Source: Macrostomum hystrix (taxonomy: Eukaryota; Animalia; Platyhelminthes). From it: DNA of 64,000 nucleotides. A program made the position numbers and the translations under genes. Where the stretch lies: positions 930,001 through 994,000 of the forward strand of contig CATNEN010000003.1 of the NCBI GenBank assembly GCA_950097015.1, in the 5' to 3' direction. Positions 35,762 through 48,386 of this stretch are shown piece by piece (position 1 is the stretch's first letter; each line of letters begins with the position of its first letter). Below the pieces are notes generated by a model. The model searched no databases. It worked only from the letters and a program-made list of their open reading frames with translations, and was not told the origin of the DNA.

Positions 35762-36040
35762 TTAACCATGGCGAGTCGGAACCTAATTCTCAAACCAAAT
35801 TTCTCATCTCACCTTTGCAGCCAGACTATCGAAGTTGTTTCATCGGCTCAAATCTGACTCGGAAGGCGACAAAATTATTGAAATAACCGACTATAGGACT
35901 CACGGCTGAGGGATTGAGAGTGAGCTGGACACGCATTGACAGAGAGAGAAAGGCTAAAGGTGCACTTCGAAGGAAAATTGCCGATAGAAGAAATCAATTG
36001 TCTTCTGTGACATCTAGCTGGTTAACCTCGCACTGAGATC

Positions 36041-36665
36041 ATGCACACAACAGCCAATGCCAATCAGCGAGTCGACGACGCCGGATTGTCTGGCGCCGGG
36101 GCAATCGACCTAGTCGGTGATGATGTCTACGACGCTCTGGGATCTGACTCCGTCACCACACCTTCCAGCGGCAGCGACTATGACGAAGATGACAAAGACA
36201 ACGAAGATCGCGACTGGGCGGCTCCGCGCAGCCTGGCCGCCGTCCGGTCTCCGGACTTGACGTCGGATTTCACGCGCACCCGGGCCAGGCCAGTGCGGAA
36301 TGGCACCACTGAGGCCGCTGCCGCAGCCAACTCCAGAGCCTACGACGACGTTGAGGACGCCGTTCGCAGCGAAAGCGACGAAGACTTCAACGGTGAGCCG
36401 CCAGTGGTGAAAGACTACAACCCGGTTGTCCGTCAGCAGCTGCCGACGCTGCGAATGTTGAGCAATAAGCCGCCGTTTGGTAGCAGCTGCGATCCGACAA
36501 TGTCGCCAAAGTTTCAAAGCAACCTGCAGGACCTGCTGGGTGGCGGCGGCATCAGCAGATTCTCGGCAGCCTCTGAGCTGCGAGCCGACGAAGCCGAGGA
36601 AGCCAGGGAGGAGGAGGAAAACCTGCGCACAACGATGGACCCCAGACTGATTCACAATCACCGGA

Positions 36666-36702
<37 letters not shown>

Positions 36703-37675
36703 ACAGGACTACCAGCAGGAGCGCACGCAGGCTCACTCGAAGTCAGCCGTACCAAAGCAGCATCGTCGCGCTGCACGTCGCCGGGAGCCGGGAGTTCGCA
36801 CTATCCTGCACGCCGGCGATCTGGCCGGCAATAGGGGCGAGCAGGACGTCGACTCGCTGCTCAGCTTCATCAACGGCGGTGGCCGGGAGGCTGCCGGCAC
36901 TGCGGAGACAGTCAGCGAGACCGACACCGCCAAGGCTCAGCAGCAACAGCCGGCCAAGAAGAAGTCAGCCAAAGAGAAGCATTCAGCGGCCTCCACTATT
37001 GGCCACGCTGAGAAGGAGAACAGCCACGCTAGCAATGGTCAAAATGAGCCTGGCCCCATCAAGAAACCGGCTCCACCGTCGCCACCATCGGCCCAAGCTC
37101 TCGAGGTCGAGCCGCCGCCGCCAGCGCCGCCGCAGCAGCAATCGGAGCAGGCAAGCGAGTCCCAGCAAAAGTTGCCGCCAGAAATTTTGTCCGACTTGGG
37201 CTCGCTCGCCAAAGATCTGGAGGCTGTGGCCGCCGCCGCAGTCGCTGACCCGGAAATCGATTTGCAACCGCCTGTTGAGCCCGACTTCGAGGTGGTGCTG
37301 TCTAAGAAGGATCGTAGACAGAAAAAGCAACGACCCGAGCAGCAGCTGCAGCAGCAGCAACAGCAACAGAGGCCTTTTAGGAAGCCTCCCCTGCAACAGC
37401 AGCAGCAGCGGCATCGCCCTCAGCATAGTCGGCAGGCTCTGTCTCACGTAGTCAATGGCAACAATGTCCAGCTAGCTAATGGCCACAGCTCGTCGTCTCA
37501 GTCTCGCTCGGAATCGCCAGGCGAGTCTCGGCAGCAGCAGCAGATGTACAACCCGGCTCAGTACGCAGCCCTACTGCAGCAGAAGGCTAAGGAAAATGCT
37601 TTGCTTAGGCGCGACCTCGACTCGTGCAGTCACAGCCACTCGCGCCTCATATCATTTCTCTACTCATTGTGTTGA
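36041..37675 (+). CDS. Intronless 544-aa low-complexity (acidic/Q/P-rich) protein of unknown function
   Basis: Long GC-rich ORF with codon-like composition. It contains RRREPGVRTILHAGDLAGNRGEQDVDSLLSFINGG and an FEVVLSKKDRRQKK basic patch. Confidence 0.8.
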
Positions 37676-39289
37676 ACTTGTGGCCAATCAGCATAGAAAA
37701 TATTTGCATACTTTTCTAATTATTTTGTCAGCCAAGCAAGCATTGCCTTCACAAATAGAAGACAAGCTTAGCTATTTTAGCCCTTCGTGTTGTTGTTTGT
37801 TGTTGTTGTTTTGTTGTCCCATTATCTGCTTCCTCAGCGGATTAATTGAGTGATGGATTTTTTTATGTTCTCTTTCCGACTTTTATTTAGAAAAAATATT
37901 TCCTAAGCACTGATTTTATACCCTGATTTATAAGTTACATAGGAAATAAATAGTTTATTTTTGTTTGACCTTGATTTTGCTCTCTCCTTTGTTAACACTG
38001 TTTGTCTTTGTCTGAAAACTTAGCCGGCTAAAATTCGAGTCTTTGTACTTGTGCCCAGTCAGCAAGTTTAGTTTGAATATGCTAATCTATTGCGAGGCTT
38101 TCCTATTCTCGGTGCTGTTAGGTATGTAATTTAATGCTTTCTAAAGCTTTGCATGCCATTCGCTTTATAAATAAATTATATGTGTAAACTTGTAAAGAAA
38201 TCAGATTACTTTTCTAAAGCCAAATTTTTGTTTTTTTTATTTCGTTTTTCACTTAAAAAACCATGCGCATGTGAGCCTACTGACTAGGCCTTCCTCCTGT
38301 GAGCAGCATGACTCGCGTGTTATCGCTGCTTATTCAGCTTATTTTATTTAATATTTATTTATGCACCGCTCTTCTGTCACAAGAGCTGCCAAAATTTACT
38401 ACGATAACTAAGAAGCAGCGTGTAGCCTTGGAACACATGTGATAAGTTTCATTTATTTCTAACACTGTTCAAAATGCCCCAACACACAATCTGCTTTAAT
38501 CATAATCTCTTATTCTCTTTTTTCCTCTATTTTTTTACTTGATTTTGCCGCCAAAGTAATCACGCAAGTTGCGGCATGTCTGATGTATGCACTTTTCTAG
38601 TTTTGTATTTTGTTACTTTTTTATAATCTCCATGTGGAGTCGTCACACTGACGCTTCCTTGCTTGTTTACAAGACAACCTGTAGCTTTCTGAACCCTAAG
38701 AACTCGTCCTAACCTTTGATAAATTAAACATTTCTGTTTTGTGTATGCTTTATTATTCTGTAGATGTTTTTACTATTAACCCCAAATTAACAACTTCAAC
38801 TAGTTTTAAAATACTTTAGAATAATTTTTGCCTATGAGCTGTCTTTATCTTCTGTAATAAAGTATTTTATCTAATTTATATAGATCTGCTGTACAAACCA
38901 CAACGAATGCCTATAGTATAATTAGATTTTTTATTTCAAAACTGTTTTCGCATTAAATGTTTTGCGTGCGACTACTGTTAGTAACAAAAGCCGTGTTAGC
39001 AAAAAAATTTTAATAAAGTCGTGAATCTTTCGTTTTTGTCAACACTAATTTTGTTAAACATGTTTTTGTTTTAATAAAAATTTTTGTTTTTCTGCGTCTG
39101 TTTGTTTTGTTTCTCGCCGAAATAACACACTCTCGTTAAAAAGCACCCACACATTCGCACGAGCGTCAGTTTTTGTCCCGTTGACTTTTTGCATATTCAA
39201 CTGCATAAATGACACATTTTTCACCCTCTAAGCTTCTTGGCTAACCGGAATATTTGCATCCGTCTGTCTATAGCTGCCGATAGTGGCAA

Positions 39290-40165
39290 TTGGAACTGGG
39301 ACTGGGACTCTGTCTGGGACTTGGACTCGGTTTGGGACTCCAGCTAAATCTGGGACTCAGTCTGGGACTGGGACTATGACGCAATCTGGAACTCAGTTTG
39401 GGAATGGGACTCAGTCTGGGACTCATTATGGGACTGGGACTCAATCTGGAAATCAGTCTGAGACTGGGACTCAATCTGGAAATCAGTCTGGGACTGGGAC
39501 TCAATCTGGAAATCAGTCTGGGACTGGGACTCAATCTGGAAATCAGTCTGAGACTGGGACTCAATCTGGAAATCAGTCTGGGACTGGGACTCAATCTGGA
39601 AATCAGTCTGGGACTGGGACTCAATCTGGAAATCAGTCTGGGACTGGGACTCAATCGGGAAATCAGTCTGGGACTGGGACTCAGTCTGGGACTCAGTATG
39701 GGACTGGGACTTTGGCTCAATCTGGAAATCAGTCTGGGACTGGGACTCAATCTGGAAATCAGTCTGGGACTGGGACTCAATCGGGAAATCAGTCTGGGAC
39801 TGGGACTCAGTCTGGGACTCAGTATGGGACTGGGACTTTGGCTCAATCTGGAAATCAGTCTGGGACTGGGACTCAATCTGGAAATCAGTCTGGGACTGGG
39901 ACTCAATCTGGAAATCAGTCTGGGACTGGGACTCAATCTGGAAATCAGTCTGGGACTGGGACTCAATCTGGAAATCAGTCTGGGACTGTGACGCAATCTG
40001 GACATCAGTCTGGGACTGTGACGCAATCTGGAACTCAGTTTGGGAATGGGACTCAGTCTGGGACTCAGTATGGGACTGGGACTTTGGCTCAATCTGGAAA
40101 TCAGTCTGGGACTGGGACTCAATCTGGAAATCAGTCTGGGACTAGGACTCAATCTGGGACTCGCT
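39290..40165. repeat. 30-bp minisatellite built from 6-bp subunits
   Basis: Unit ggactgggactcaatctggaaatcagtctg. Confidence 0.95.
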
Positions 40166-40724
40166 GAAGTATAAATCGATCCGACAGCTTTCAGCAGCTT
40201 TCTGCATGTAGGCGTATAGCATTAATCACCAATAATTTATCGCTATTCTGCTTTTCTTATTTTTGTTACACTTGTTTCAGTGAACTGTGTAGCAAAATTA
40301 TTATAGTTTTTATATAATTTAGATATTTAAAGTCTCAGTAAGATATAGAAATAGTGCTGCAATACAGTTGAAACGCGTCAATTAAACGTGTTTCGTATTT
40401 CTCTGATTTGTTTTTATTCTTGTATTTTTATTTTTTACTCCTAAGTTGCTTTGTAAGCTATGACTGTCCAATAATACAAGTGCTAAGTCTTTGTCTGCCA
40501 CAGGTTTCTTGGTAACTTTGCCTTAGCTACTACTGAAGATTCTTAAGCTTCTCAAAGTGCGCATTAAAATTAAAATTACATTTTTTAGGAATTTTTCTTG
40601 CTTTTTTAAATAAGTTGCTTTAATTAGCCCAGTGTTGCCTGTCCGCTTGTCTTCTGTTTATTTATAGATTCAATCGGTTATATAATAAATGTGATGTGGG
40701 GGGTGATTGAGCATGTCTAAGCAT

Positions 40725-41515
40725 AGGATCCTAGAAAATGCGCACCACTGGAATCTAGGACCCTAGATAATGGGATAGGGCTGCGCACCCCCAAGCATAG
40801 GACCCTAGATAATGGCTTGCGGGCTGCGCACCCCCAAGCCTAGGACCCTAGATAATGGCTTGCGGGCTGCGCACCCACAAGCCTAGGACCCTAGATAATG
40901 GCTTGCGGGCTGCGCACCCGCAAGCCTAGGACCCTAGATAATGGCTTGCGGGCTGCGCACCCGCAAGCCTAGGACCCTAGATAATGGCTTGCGGGCTGCG
41001 CACCCCCAAGCCTAGGACCCTAGATAATGGCTTGCGGGCTGCGCACCCCCAAGCCTAGGACCCTAGATAATGGCTTGCGGGCTGCGCACCCCCAAGCCTA
41101 GGACCCTAGATAATGGCTTGCGGGCTGCGCACCCGCAAGCCTAGGACCCTAGATAATGGCTTGCGGGATGCGCACCCCCAAGCCTAGGACCCTAGATAAT
41201 GGCTTGCGGGCTGCGCACCCCCAAGCCTAGGACCCTAGATAATGGGTTGCGGGCTGCGCACCCCCAAGCCTAGGACCCTAGATAATGGCTTGCGGGCTGC
41301 GCACCCCCAAGCCTAGGACCCTAGATAATGGCTTGCGGGCTGCGCACCCCCAAGCCTAGGACCCTAGATAATGGCTTGCGGGCTGCGCACCCCCAAGCCT
41401 AGGACCCTAGATAATGGCTTGCGGGCTGCGCACCCCCAAGCCTAGGACCCTAGATAATGGCTTGCGGGCTGCGCACCCCCAAGCCTAGGACCCTAGATAA
41501 TGGCTTGCGGGCTGC
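40725..41515. repeat. 43-bp minisatellite
   Basis: Unit gaccctagataatggcttgcgggctgcgcacccccaagcctag. Confidence 0.95.
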
Positions 41516-41594
41516 TGTATCAAGTATGTTTTTATATTAGACTAGGTAATTGCTTACAGACGCATGTAACCGAAAAATTCCAGTCTATTCAGCT

Positions 41595-41843
41595 ATGACG
41601 TCAGCCAACAGCCAGGCAGGGAAAACTAGCTGGTCAGAATTGTCCGCCTTCATTGCCGACTGCCGTCGCTTGGAGTCCATGCCCAGCCGGTTGCAGCCAC
41701 TGGTCAACGAGCTAACGGAAATTCAGGCTCGACTAGACAAAGCGGCCGCTGTTCTAGACGAAGGTCGCCAGTCAAGTACTGAAGCATCGGCCAAGTATTA
41801 CAGCTGCACCGCTACTAGATCTAACGATACTAGAACTCACTGA
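41595..41843 (+). CDS. Small putative helical/coiled-coil protein (82 aa)
   Basis: GC-rich island after an acceptor-like aaaattccag at 41583. MTSANSQAGKTSWSELSAFIADCRRLESMPSRLQPLVNELTEIQARLDKAAAVL... is followed by an AT-rich 3' region with aataaa at ~42040. Confidence 0.5.
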   Translation: MTSANSQAGKTSWSELSAFIADCRRLESMPSRLQPLVNELTEIQARLDKAAAVLDEGRQSSTEASAKYYSCTATRSNDTRTH

Positions 41844-42215
41844 CTGGCTAACACTGTTTAAACTGGGTCGTAGAGCATTTCTCGTGTTCCATTTATTTTA
41901 TTTCTTTGATTATAAATCCCCTCATTTCCCCATGTTCTACCGGCACACAGTGAGATTCGTAGTGGATTTTTCTATGGACCATTGTTATTAATAACATTTA
42001 AAAAAGTGCCTGAAAATGTGCAAAGTTATTTCAGATTTCAATAAATTGCAAGCCTTGAAAAAGTTATTTATGATTAAGTAATTGCAAATTAGAGCTGTGC
42101 ATCTTTTTTGGGATATTTTTCTTGTCTTCCTCAATTTCGCAGGATAGAATCGTCACTTGCCTAGTAGTCCGTAGTGCAAGTGAGAGTATAAAATGTTTCT
42201 AAAACCACCAGTTAA

Positions 42216-42344
42216 CAGTTGAAACACCATGGGGTGTCTCCTAAAATATATTCAACCAATCGCCATGAAAATCCATAACATGTGCGAAAACTTTCCGCTC
42301 TATCTGATGAAACAACTTCCAGGGTCACAAAACATCGGCATCGT

Positions 42345-42380
<36 letters not shown>

Positions 42381-43224
42381 ACCTTGGCTCGGCGGGCCAG
42401 GGCCAGTACCTGCTCCTGGGAAAAGCTCGGCGAAGAAGCCCCAGACGGTCTTGGTCTGGGACCAGAGATCCCGCGGGACGAGCCGGGCAGGCGAACAGAT
42501 GCGTGACCGACTCTTCCTCGCCGTGGCAACGCGGGCAGGTGGCAGGCGACTCCTGGTCGAGGCGGTGCTTATAACTGGCCAGGTGAAGGCAGAAACCCGA
42601 CCGGAGTTTGGCTAGCGTGGCCCGGGCGGAGCGCGGCAACTGCGTCTCGGAGGCGTCGATCACAGGCGGCGGCGCGCCGAGGACCCGATTAGGTTGCCGG
42701 TCCTGCAGGCGTTTCTGCACGCAAGCGGTGTGGAGGGCGATGGAAAGCTGGCGGGTGGTGAGCGGACCGGGGGGAAGGACGGAGAAGCGGCTGATGCACG
42801 TTGATGAAGTTGGTGGCGCAGGTGGTGAGCGACGAGCGAAGTTGCCGCCGCGGGGCCGGGACGAGCGACAGATGATGACATGGGTGGCACGGATGAAGCG
42901 CTTGCACCCAGAACTGCGCTGCCAAAAGTTCAGAGTGCAGGGACACCGGCAGGATCATACATTCGTCATGAAGATGATCGATGCCCGAGCAGCTGTGGCA
43001 CCCGGTCATGATTCTAAGCGGCGCGTTCTGCGCAGTCTGGATCAGCGACCAGCTGGAGGGGCTGAGGCATCGTCGTGATATTCAACGATTTTTGTCGTGG
43101 TGTCTGGTTGCAAAAGCCACCAATTTAGGCATACTTTTGGACAAAAATGGACTTACACAAAAATCGGTCATTCGGTTTGAGAGCTATCGTGAAGTAGGCA
43201 GTGGCTCCGTTGTCTTTCTACCTG
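42216..43224. mobile_element. Putative TTAA-flanked MITE interrupted by a LINE
   Basis: TTAA-cagttgaaacac...tgtctttctacctg-TTAA, with imperfect TIRs. Confidence 0.45.
42345..43065 (-). mobile_element. 5'-truncated non-LTR retrotransposon 3' end (I/Ingi-like) with a (CA)n tail
   Basis: Frameshifted post-RT peptides TGCHSCSGIDHLHDEC..., RATLAKLRSG, and CCHC CPRC...HLFAC. (CA)n at 42346-42378. Candidate 8-bp TSD ggcatcgt at 42337-42344 and 43066-43073. Confidence 0.8.
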
Positions 43225-43279
43225 TTAAATTTATCGAGTGATACGCATTTTCTTATAACTTTTTTGGTAATAACTAATT

Positions 43280-43570
43280 GCAAGAGGCCGCTGCGGGCAT
43301 TGGCACATCAAGGAATTCTGCTCATTCCCCTGACTCCTGGGCCCACGCCACACACGCAAACAGATACCTGTACACAGGGGTGTACATCTGCCCTGCCTTT
43401 CTAATCGCTAGGCAATGTGCCTTGGAGGTTGGCCCTCTAGGCGTAAATTGCACGGCAAGCCCGCCAGGCATTCTCCCCGCAAGACCTCCCCCCAAGTCCC
43501 CAAATTAATGTGGCCTCGCCGCTGAATCGAGCTCAGAGATCTTGGTGCGAGCAGCGAACGCGTTAGATCC
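43280..43570 (-). mobile_element. tRNA-derived SINE, family B
   Basis: The reverse complement matches the 6305-6600 blocks (gcaatttacgcc, gagggccaacc, caggagtcag). Confidence 0.65.
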
Positions 43571-45072
43571 CATTTCTTACAATATTTAAAAGCGCGCATT
43601 GGAGCAGCTGCTAATTGTCTAAAATGGCAATCAATTATTGTCCGTGCTTTTGCGTATTATCCCCACAGGATTAGCCGTTGCATTTGTCAACAATGGGATT
43701 AGTTTAGAGCCGGACAGTACTGAAACTGCAGGCATTTTGTGAGTCATGTCTGAATTCAGACCGGGGCTTGTTCTGGCAATATTTTTAATCAACAAAAATA
43801 CTTGAGCAATATCTTCGCTTGAGGGCAGGTATAGGGACCTTTTCTTTTTTCTGTGTGCTTTAGGGTGCTGCTAACTCTCCAAGACTCTCTTTCAGTTTGC
43901 TGCGCATTGTTTGCCTTACAATCTGCTTGCAATGTGACACTCGGTTAGAAAAATCTAGGCCATCTCGCTGTAGCATTTCACTTGAATTCTAACAATCCAG
44001 CGGACCACGCAAACTTGTTTTTTAGTCTTTTTTTCACAATTGAGTTTCCTATAAAATTCTATTTTCGTATATCACAGAAATGAGACCACTTTCCTGTTGT
44101 CGCAATAGTTCAATTTTTTCGTGAAACAGTCTTTTAAAGAGAATAAACTTAATTTTCCACACTATCTGCATTACAATTGACTCACTGGATTGATGCCATT
44201 TCTATTTTTAGAATATCGTGCACTTTTTCCTAACCACCATCGAAGCACGTGACTTACCTCAGCCAATCAAAATAGTCGCAATCGAAAAAAATAGATTTTG
44301 AACTTTGACGCTTAACTACCAATCAAAGACTCATTCAGGGGAGCTAAACTGGCACTCACAGATTAATCCTTTAAAATAAACCACAGCATAAGCAATCAAT
44401 TGAGTATATAGACTCAAATGTTTATCTTAGCTACTATAGCCCTTGGCAAGCAATAAATATCTCAAGTATTTATCTCGTGATTAATATTTTTAATTGACCT
44501 TACTCCCTTTTGGGGACTGGTGGGGAATACACGCGAAAGACAAATTGCGATTATTGTGCAAATAGAGAATGGCTACGCCCCATTGGCTGCAAAAATCAGC
44601 CCACCTATTCTCAGCCGCACGGCACGCCATGCGCGAGCTCAAAATGGATGCACTGTTTAAAGTAAAGGCGTTGTTCTTTAACTCAGCAGTTTTCAATGGC
44701 TCGGGAGGGTGGCTTAGACCACATTGCTTTACACACACAAATGCGCCCTTTGCTAGCATTCCAGTGTGTGTGCGTGTGTCCTTACGAGTTAGGTTCAATC
44801 CAATATCTCGCGTGTGAGTTCATTTTGCAGCTTTAGCGCTACACTGCGCCAATATAGCTCCACTAGCCAATGCGAACCCAGCTGCCTCCCCCAGGGCGGG
44901 TGTACGTGTAGAGTTGGTTTACTAAAATATGCATTCATTAAAAACTGTATTTAACTTTCTATTAGCAGCTTCTAATACTGTAATTAAGCTCATTGTCATC
45001 TCGACTGTGGAGGCTTTCATAAACTTCGGCTTGTTTTAATCGTTAGTTACTTAACTCGACTTTATAATCTTC

Positions 45073-48000
45073 ATGACAAGTGGTGTCGGTGGCGGTACGA
45101 GTACATGCCAGAGGCAGGGCCATCGCAGGGTCAGCCGGGACGGCCTGGTCACATTCAAGCGACGCTCCACCGGGGAGATCATGACAGCCATCCAGTTGGG
45201 CATTGAGCACGCCGTTAGCCGAGAGAATCACGTGAGCACTCGACCATAATAGTGGATCAGCTATCTGTATTTAAAGGGAGCTTATACAAGGGGCTGTACA
45301 CAAGCTTTATTAATAAAATTGATAATAGTGGGCTGCAAAGCATCATTTAGCGACAGTCAAAACGCAGCCAGCGAGGAGCCAGATTTTTATCGCCGCGCGG
45401 TGTGCACTCTCGCTGTGTTTTGGCGGTTGGACGCTAAAAACTATGGCCTCAACAACAAAACAACAACAACAAAATACGCTAGCCCCAAAAGTCAGGGAGG
45501 CAGCGTCAGATGCATGGTGCGCCGCAGAGCCAGCGCGCGAACATGGTCCACGCCGGTGGCAGTGTCGGGCGCCCCGGCGTCGCTCAGCAAGCAGTCGACG
45601 TAGTGGCGGGTCCTAGCCTGGCCGCGCCTGAACGGGCCCTGCAGGGTGAGCAGCAGGACGCCCTGGGCGGGCTGGCGGCAGTAGCTCTCGGCCCGAATAA
45701 CGTGACCCGCTAGTCGAAGTCGCCGCTGGCGCAGTATGGTGGACGGGCGAGCCACAGCCGAGCCCTCTGGCGGTCAGGCAGCGCTGTGGACTGGAGGACG
45801 GCCCGGATCAAACGGTAGGCCGCCGATGCGAGTCCTCTGCGCCGCCGGATGTCGTCTTCCACGTTGGCCACCAGACAGCCGAGGTAAGTGAAGCGCTGGC
45901 AGCGTACGAGCGAGATGATCTGCCCGTCTGCGCCGCGGCACGTCAGGTCCGCTGGGATGTCGGCCGGCACGGTCAGCACCTCGGTCTTAAGCGTGTTGAT
46001 CACTAGGCCGAAGCTTGATGCCACCTCAGCCAACCTGTCAATCTGGCGCTGGGCACCTTCGACAGTCGAGGACAGAAGGGCGAGGTCGGCGTAGCCAAGC
46101 ACGCTGAGGCGCTTCTCATCGTGGCGGCGTCCGATGCGTCTGCGCAGCAGGAAGCCGTCTTCTGCCGAGGGGAGCGCAGTCCGAAGCACCCAGTCCAGGA
46201 AAAGCACGAAGAGGAACGGGGCCAGCGTGTCGCCCTGCAGCACCTCCTGACGAGGTGGCAAACAGGTCGGACAGGCCGTCCGCCGTAACAACAGCAGCGC
46301 GCGTGTCGCGATACAGCGATATGACAGCGGCGACTAGCTGCTCGGGGACCCGGTAGGCACGAAGGACGAGTGGGAGCGCGGCCCTCGAGACCGAGTCGAA
46401 CGCCTTGCGGAAGTCGACAAACACGACGATCAGCGTTGACTGGCGGATGCGCGCCTCCTCGATGACACGGCGGAGGGCGAGGATCTGGGTCACTGTAACG
46501 CGCTGCTGCCGGAACCCGTTCTGCTCGTAACGGAGGTACGGGTCCAGCACCGACTGCAGGCGATCGAGAAGCAGTCGGTTGAAAAGCTTCGCGGTGCAGG
46601 ACATAAGCGAGATCCCACGGTGATCTTCTTTCCGCGTTGTCCCGGCTTTCTTCGGGATCGGCACGATGTGTGCTACGGTCCACTCGGTGGGCGCAGGGGC
46701 GCCGGCGATCGCTGGCCTCGATCGCCGCATATTCGAGTTTACGGACTTGAATTGCGAGAAATGGGAAGCTTGACTCAATCAAAGCGTTACTCAATTCTCT
46801 GAAACGAAACTGAAACGAAACCTTTGGATGCACCGCGCACCGCGCGGACTCGAATTGATTAGGTCCTGTTTTAATCATTAAATATCCCCAATTATTTGTC
46901 CCGTCAAGGTTCCCCATCGCGACCTCCTCACCCACGATTTCTACGTGGTCGAATCCGCGGATTTCCCTCGCGATGGCGGGCGCCACACGCCAGCCCACAG
47001 TTTAAGCAGCTTCAGCTTCAAGTGCTACGCGCCAACAGCGTTTCGACATTTCCGCCGCCTGTACGGCATCGACATGGCCCAGTTTCTGTACTCCATCTGC
47101 GGCCGCAACCTACTCGAGTTGCCCAACGCCGGCGCCTCTGGCTCCATCTTCTACCGCACCGTTGACGACTTCTTTGTGATCAAGACAGTGCAAAGCGGTG
47201 AGGCCAAGTACCTCAGACGATTGCTGCAGCAGTACTACATCACCTTGACTCAGAATCCGAACACACTGCTGCCGAAATTCTACGGCCTGTACTGCTACCG
47301 CTGCGGCTCCAAGCGCATCCGGTTTGTCGTCATGAACAACCTGCTGCCGTCGAGTGTGCCCATCGCCGAGAAGTTCGACTTGAAAGGCTCCACGTACAAG
47401 CGGCGAGCCAGTCCCGAGGAGAAGTCCAGAGCCTGTCCTACGCTGAAGGATCTGGACTTTCGCGAGATTCACCCGTCTGGCCTGCTGCTAGAGCCGGCTG
47501 CCTTCGACCAGCTGATCGACAACCTGGCCAGAGACTGCCTTGTGCTGCGCTCCTTCAGCATCATGGACTACAGCCTGCTGGTGGCTGTGTGCAATCTGGA
47601 CTGCCCGCCTGATGGATCCGACCTGTCGGTGACCAAGTGAGTTCTTGGAGTAAAAAACAGTCGATCTACCATTCAGTCAATTCAATGACTACTAAAGTAG
47701 TAGAAAGCTAGACACCTGAATTCGAGGGAAAAATGGAAGCTAGGTAGTGTTAGATGTAGATCGTGTGTTTGTGACGTACTGAACATTGTGCATTAATTTA
47801 TTCAGTAATATCTGAATTTTTTTCGCATAAATCTAGCTTTATCAGGGGGTTACAGTCTAGTGGTAAGAGTGTCGTGCTAAAGACTTGAAGGTCGGGGGTT
47901 CGATTCCCGACTTTCCTGGTACGTATTTCCAATTTTTCCAACTACGCAACCTTCAGTCGTGCCACTGTGTTGCCGGCTGCACATCTGGCCTAGATTAGTT

Positions 48001-48386
48001 GGAATCAATTATTAAACTATTTTTATAAGCATCATGACAAATCCTTGAAAAAAACTTCCAGTTCCCAAACAGAAGCGATCGCCAGCTCCGTTGGAGCTCA
48101 GCAGCCTCTCAGCGAGTTTTTCGCCGACTCCACCGTTCAACCATTGTCTGTCAAACGGTCGCCGATCACTGGAACTCCGGCTAGCAACGAGCGAGGCGAT
48201 CGACTGATGCTCTACGTCGGCATCATCGACATCCTGCAGGACTATCGCCTGGCCAAGCGGCTGGAACACGCCATGAAGTCGCTGGTGACTGACGGCCAGT
48301 CTGTCAGCGTCGTACATCCGGACTTCTACTCTAATCGGTATCAGGCTTTTATGAGAGACTTTGTCTTCAAGCGAAAAGCCAGCTAG
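45073..48386 (+). CDS. PIP5K1: Type I phosphatidylinositol-4-phosphate 5-kinase, 3 exons
   Basis: Exon 45073-45231 (GHRRVSRDG...[10 protein letters not shown]), exon 46909-47636 ([45 protein letters not shown]) and exon 48062-48386 ([19 protein letters not shown], type I activation-loop Glu). Phases are 0 and 2 and are consistent. Confidence 0.93.
45450..46730 (-). mobile_element. RTE-clade LINE fragment, antisense in PIP5K intron 1
   Basis: [49 protein letters not shown](D)[20 protein letters not shown]; contains frameshifts. (GTT)n-like tail at ~45450-45470. Confidence 0.92.

Noticed and set aside
39268-40167. GTGTQSGNQS repeat ORF resembling an ice-nucleation or silk-like protein
   Set aside because: It is open in several frames and on both strands because the period is a multiple of 3. 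There is no proper ATG context or non-repeat coding flank, although expression cannot be fully excluded.
47843-47920. tRNA-like sequence with A and B boxes
   Set aside because: It matches the head of SINE family A and has no convincing acceptor stem or cloverleaf.
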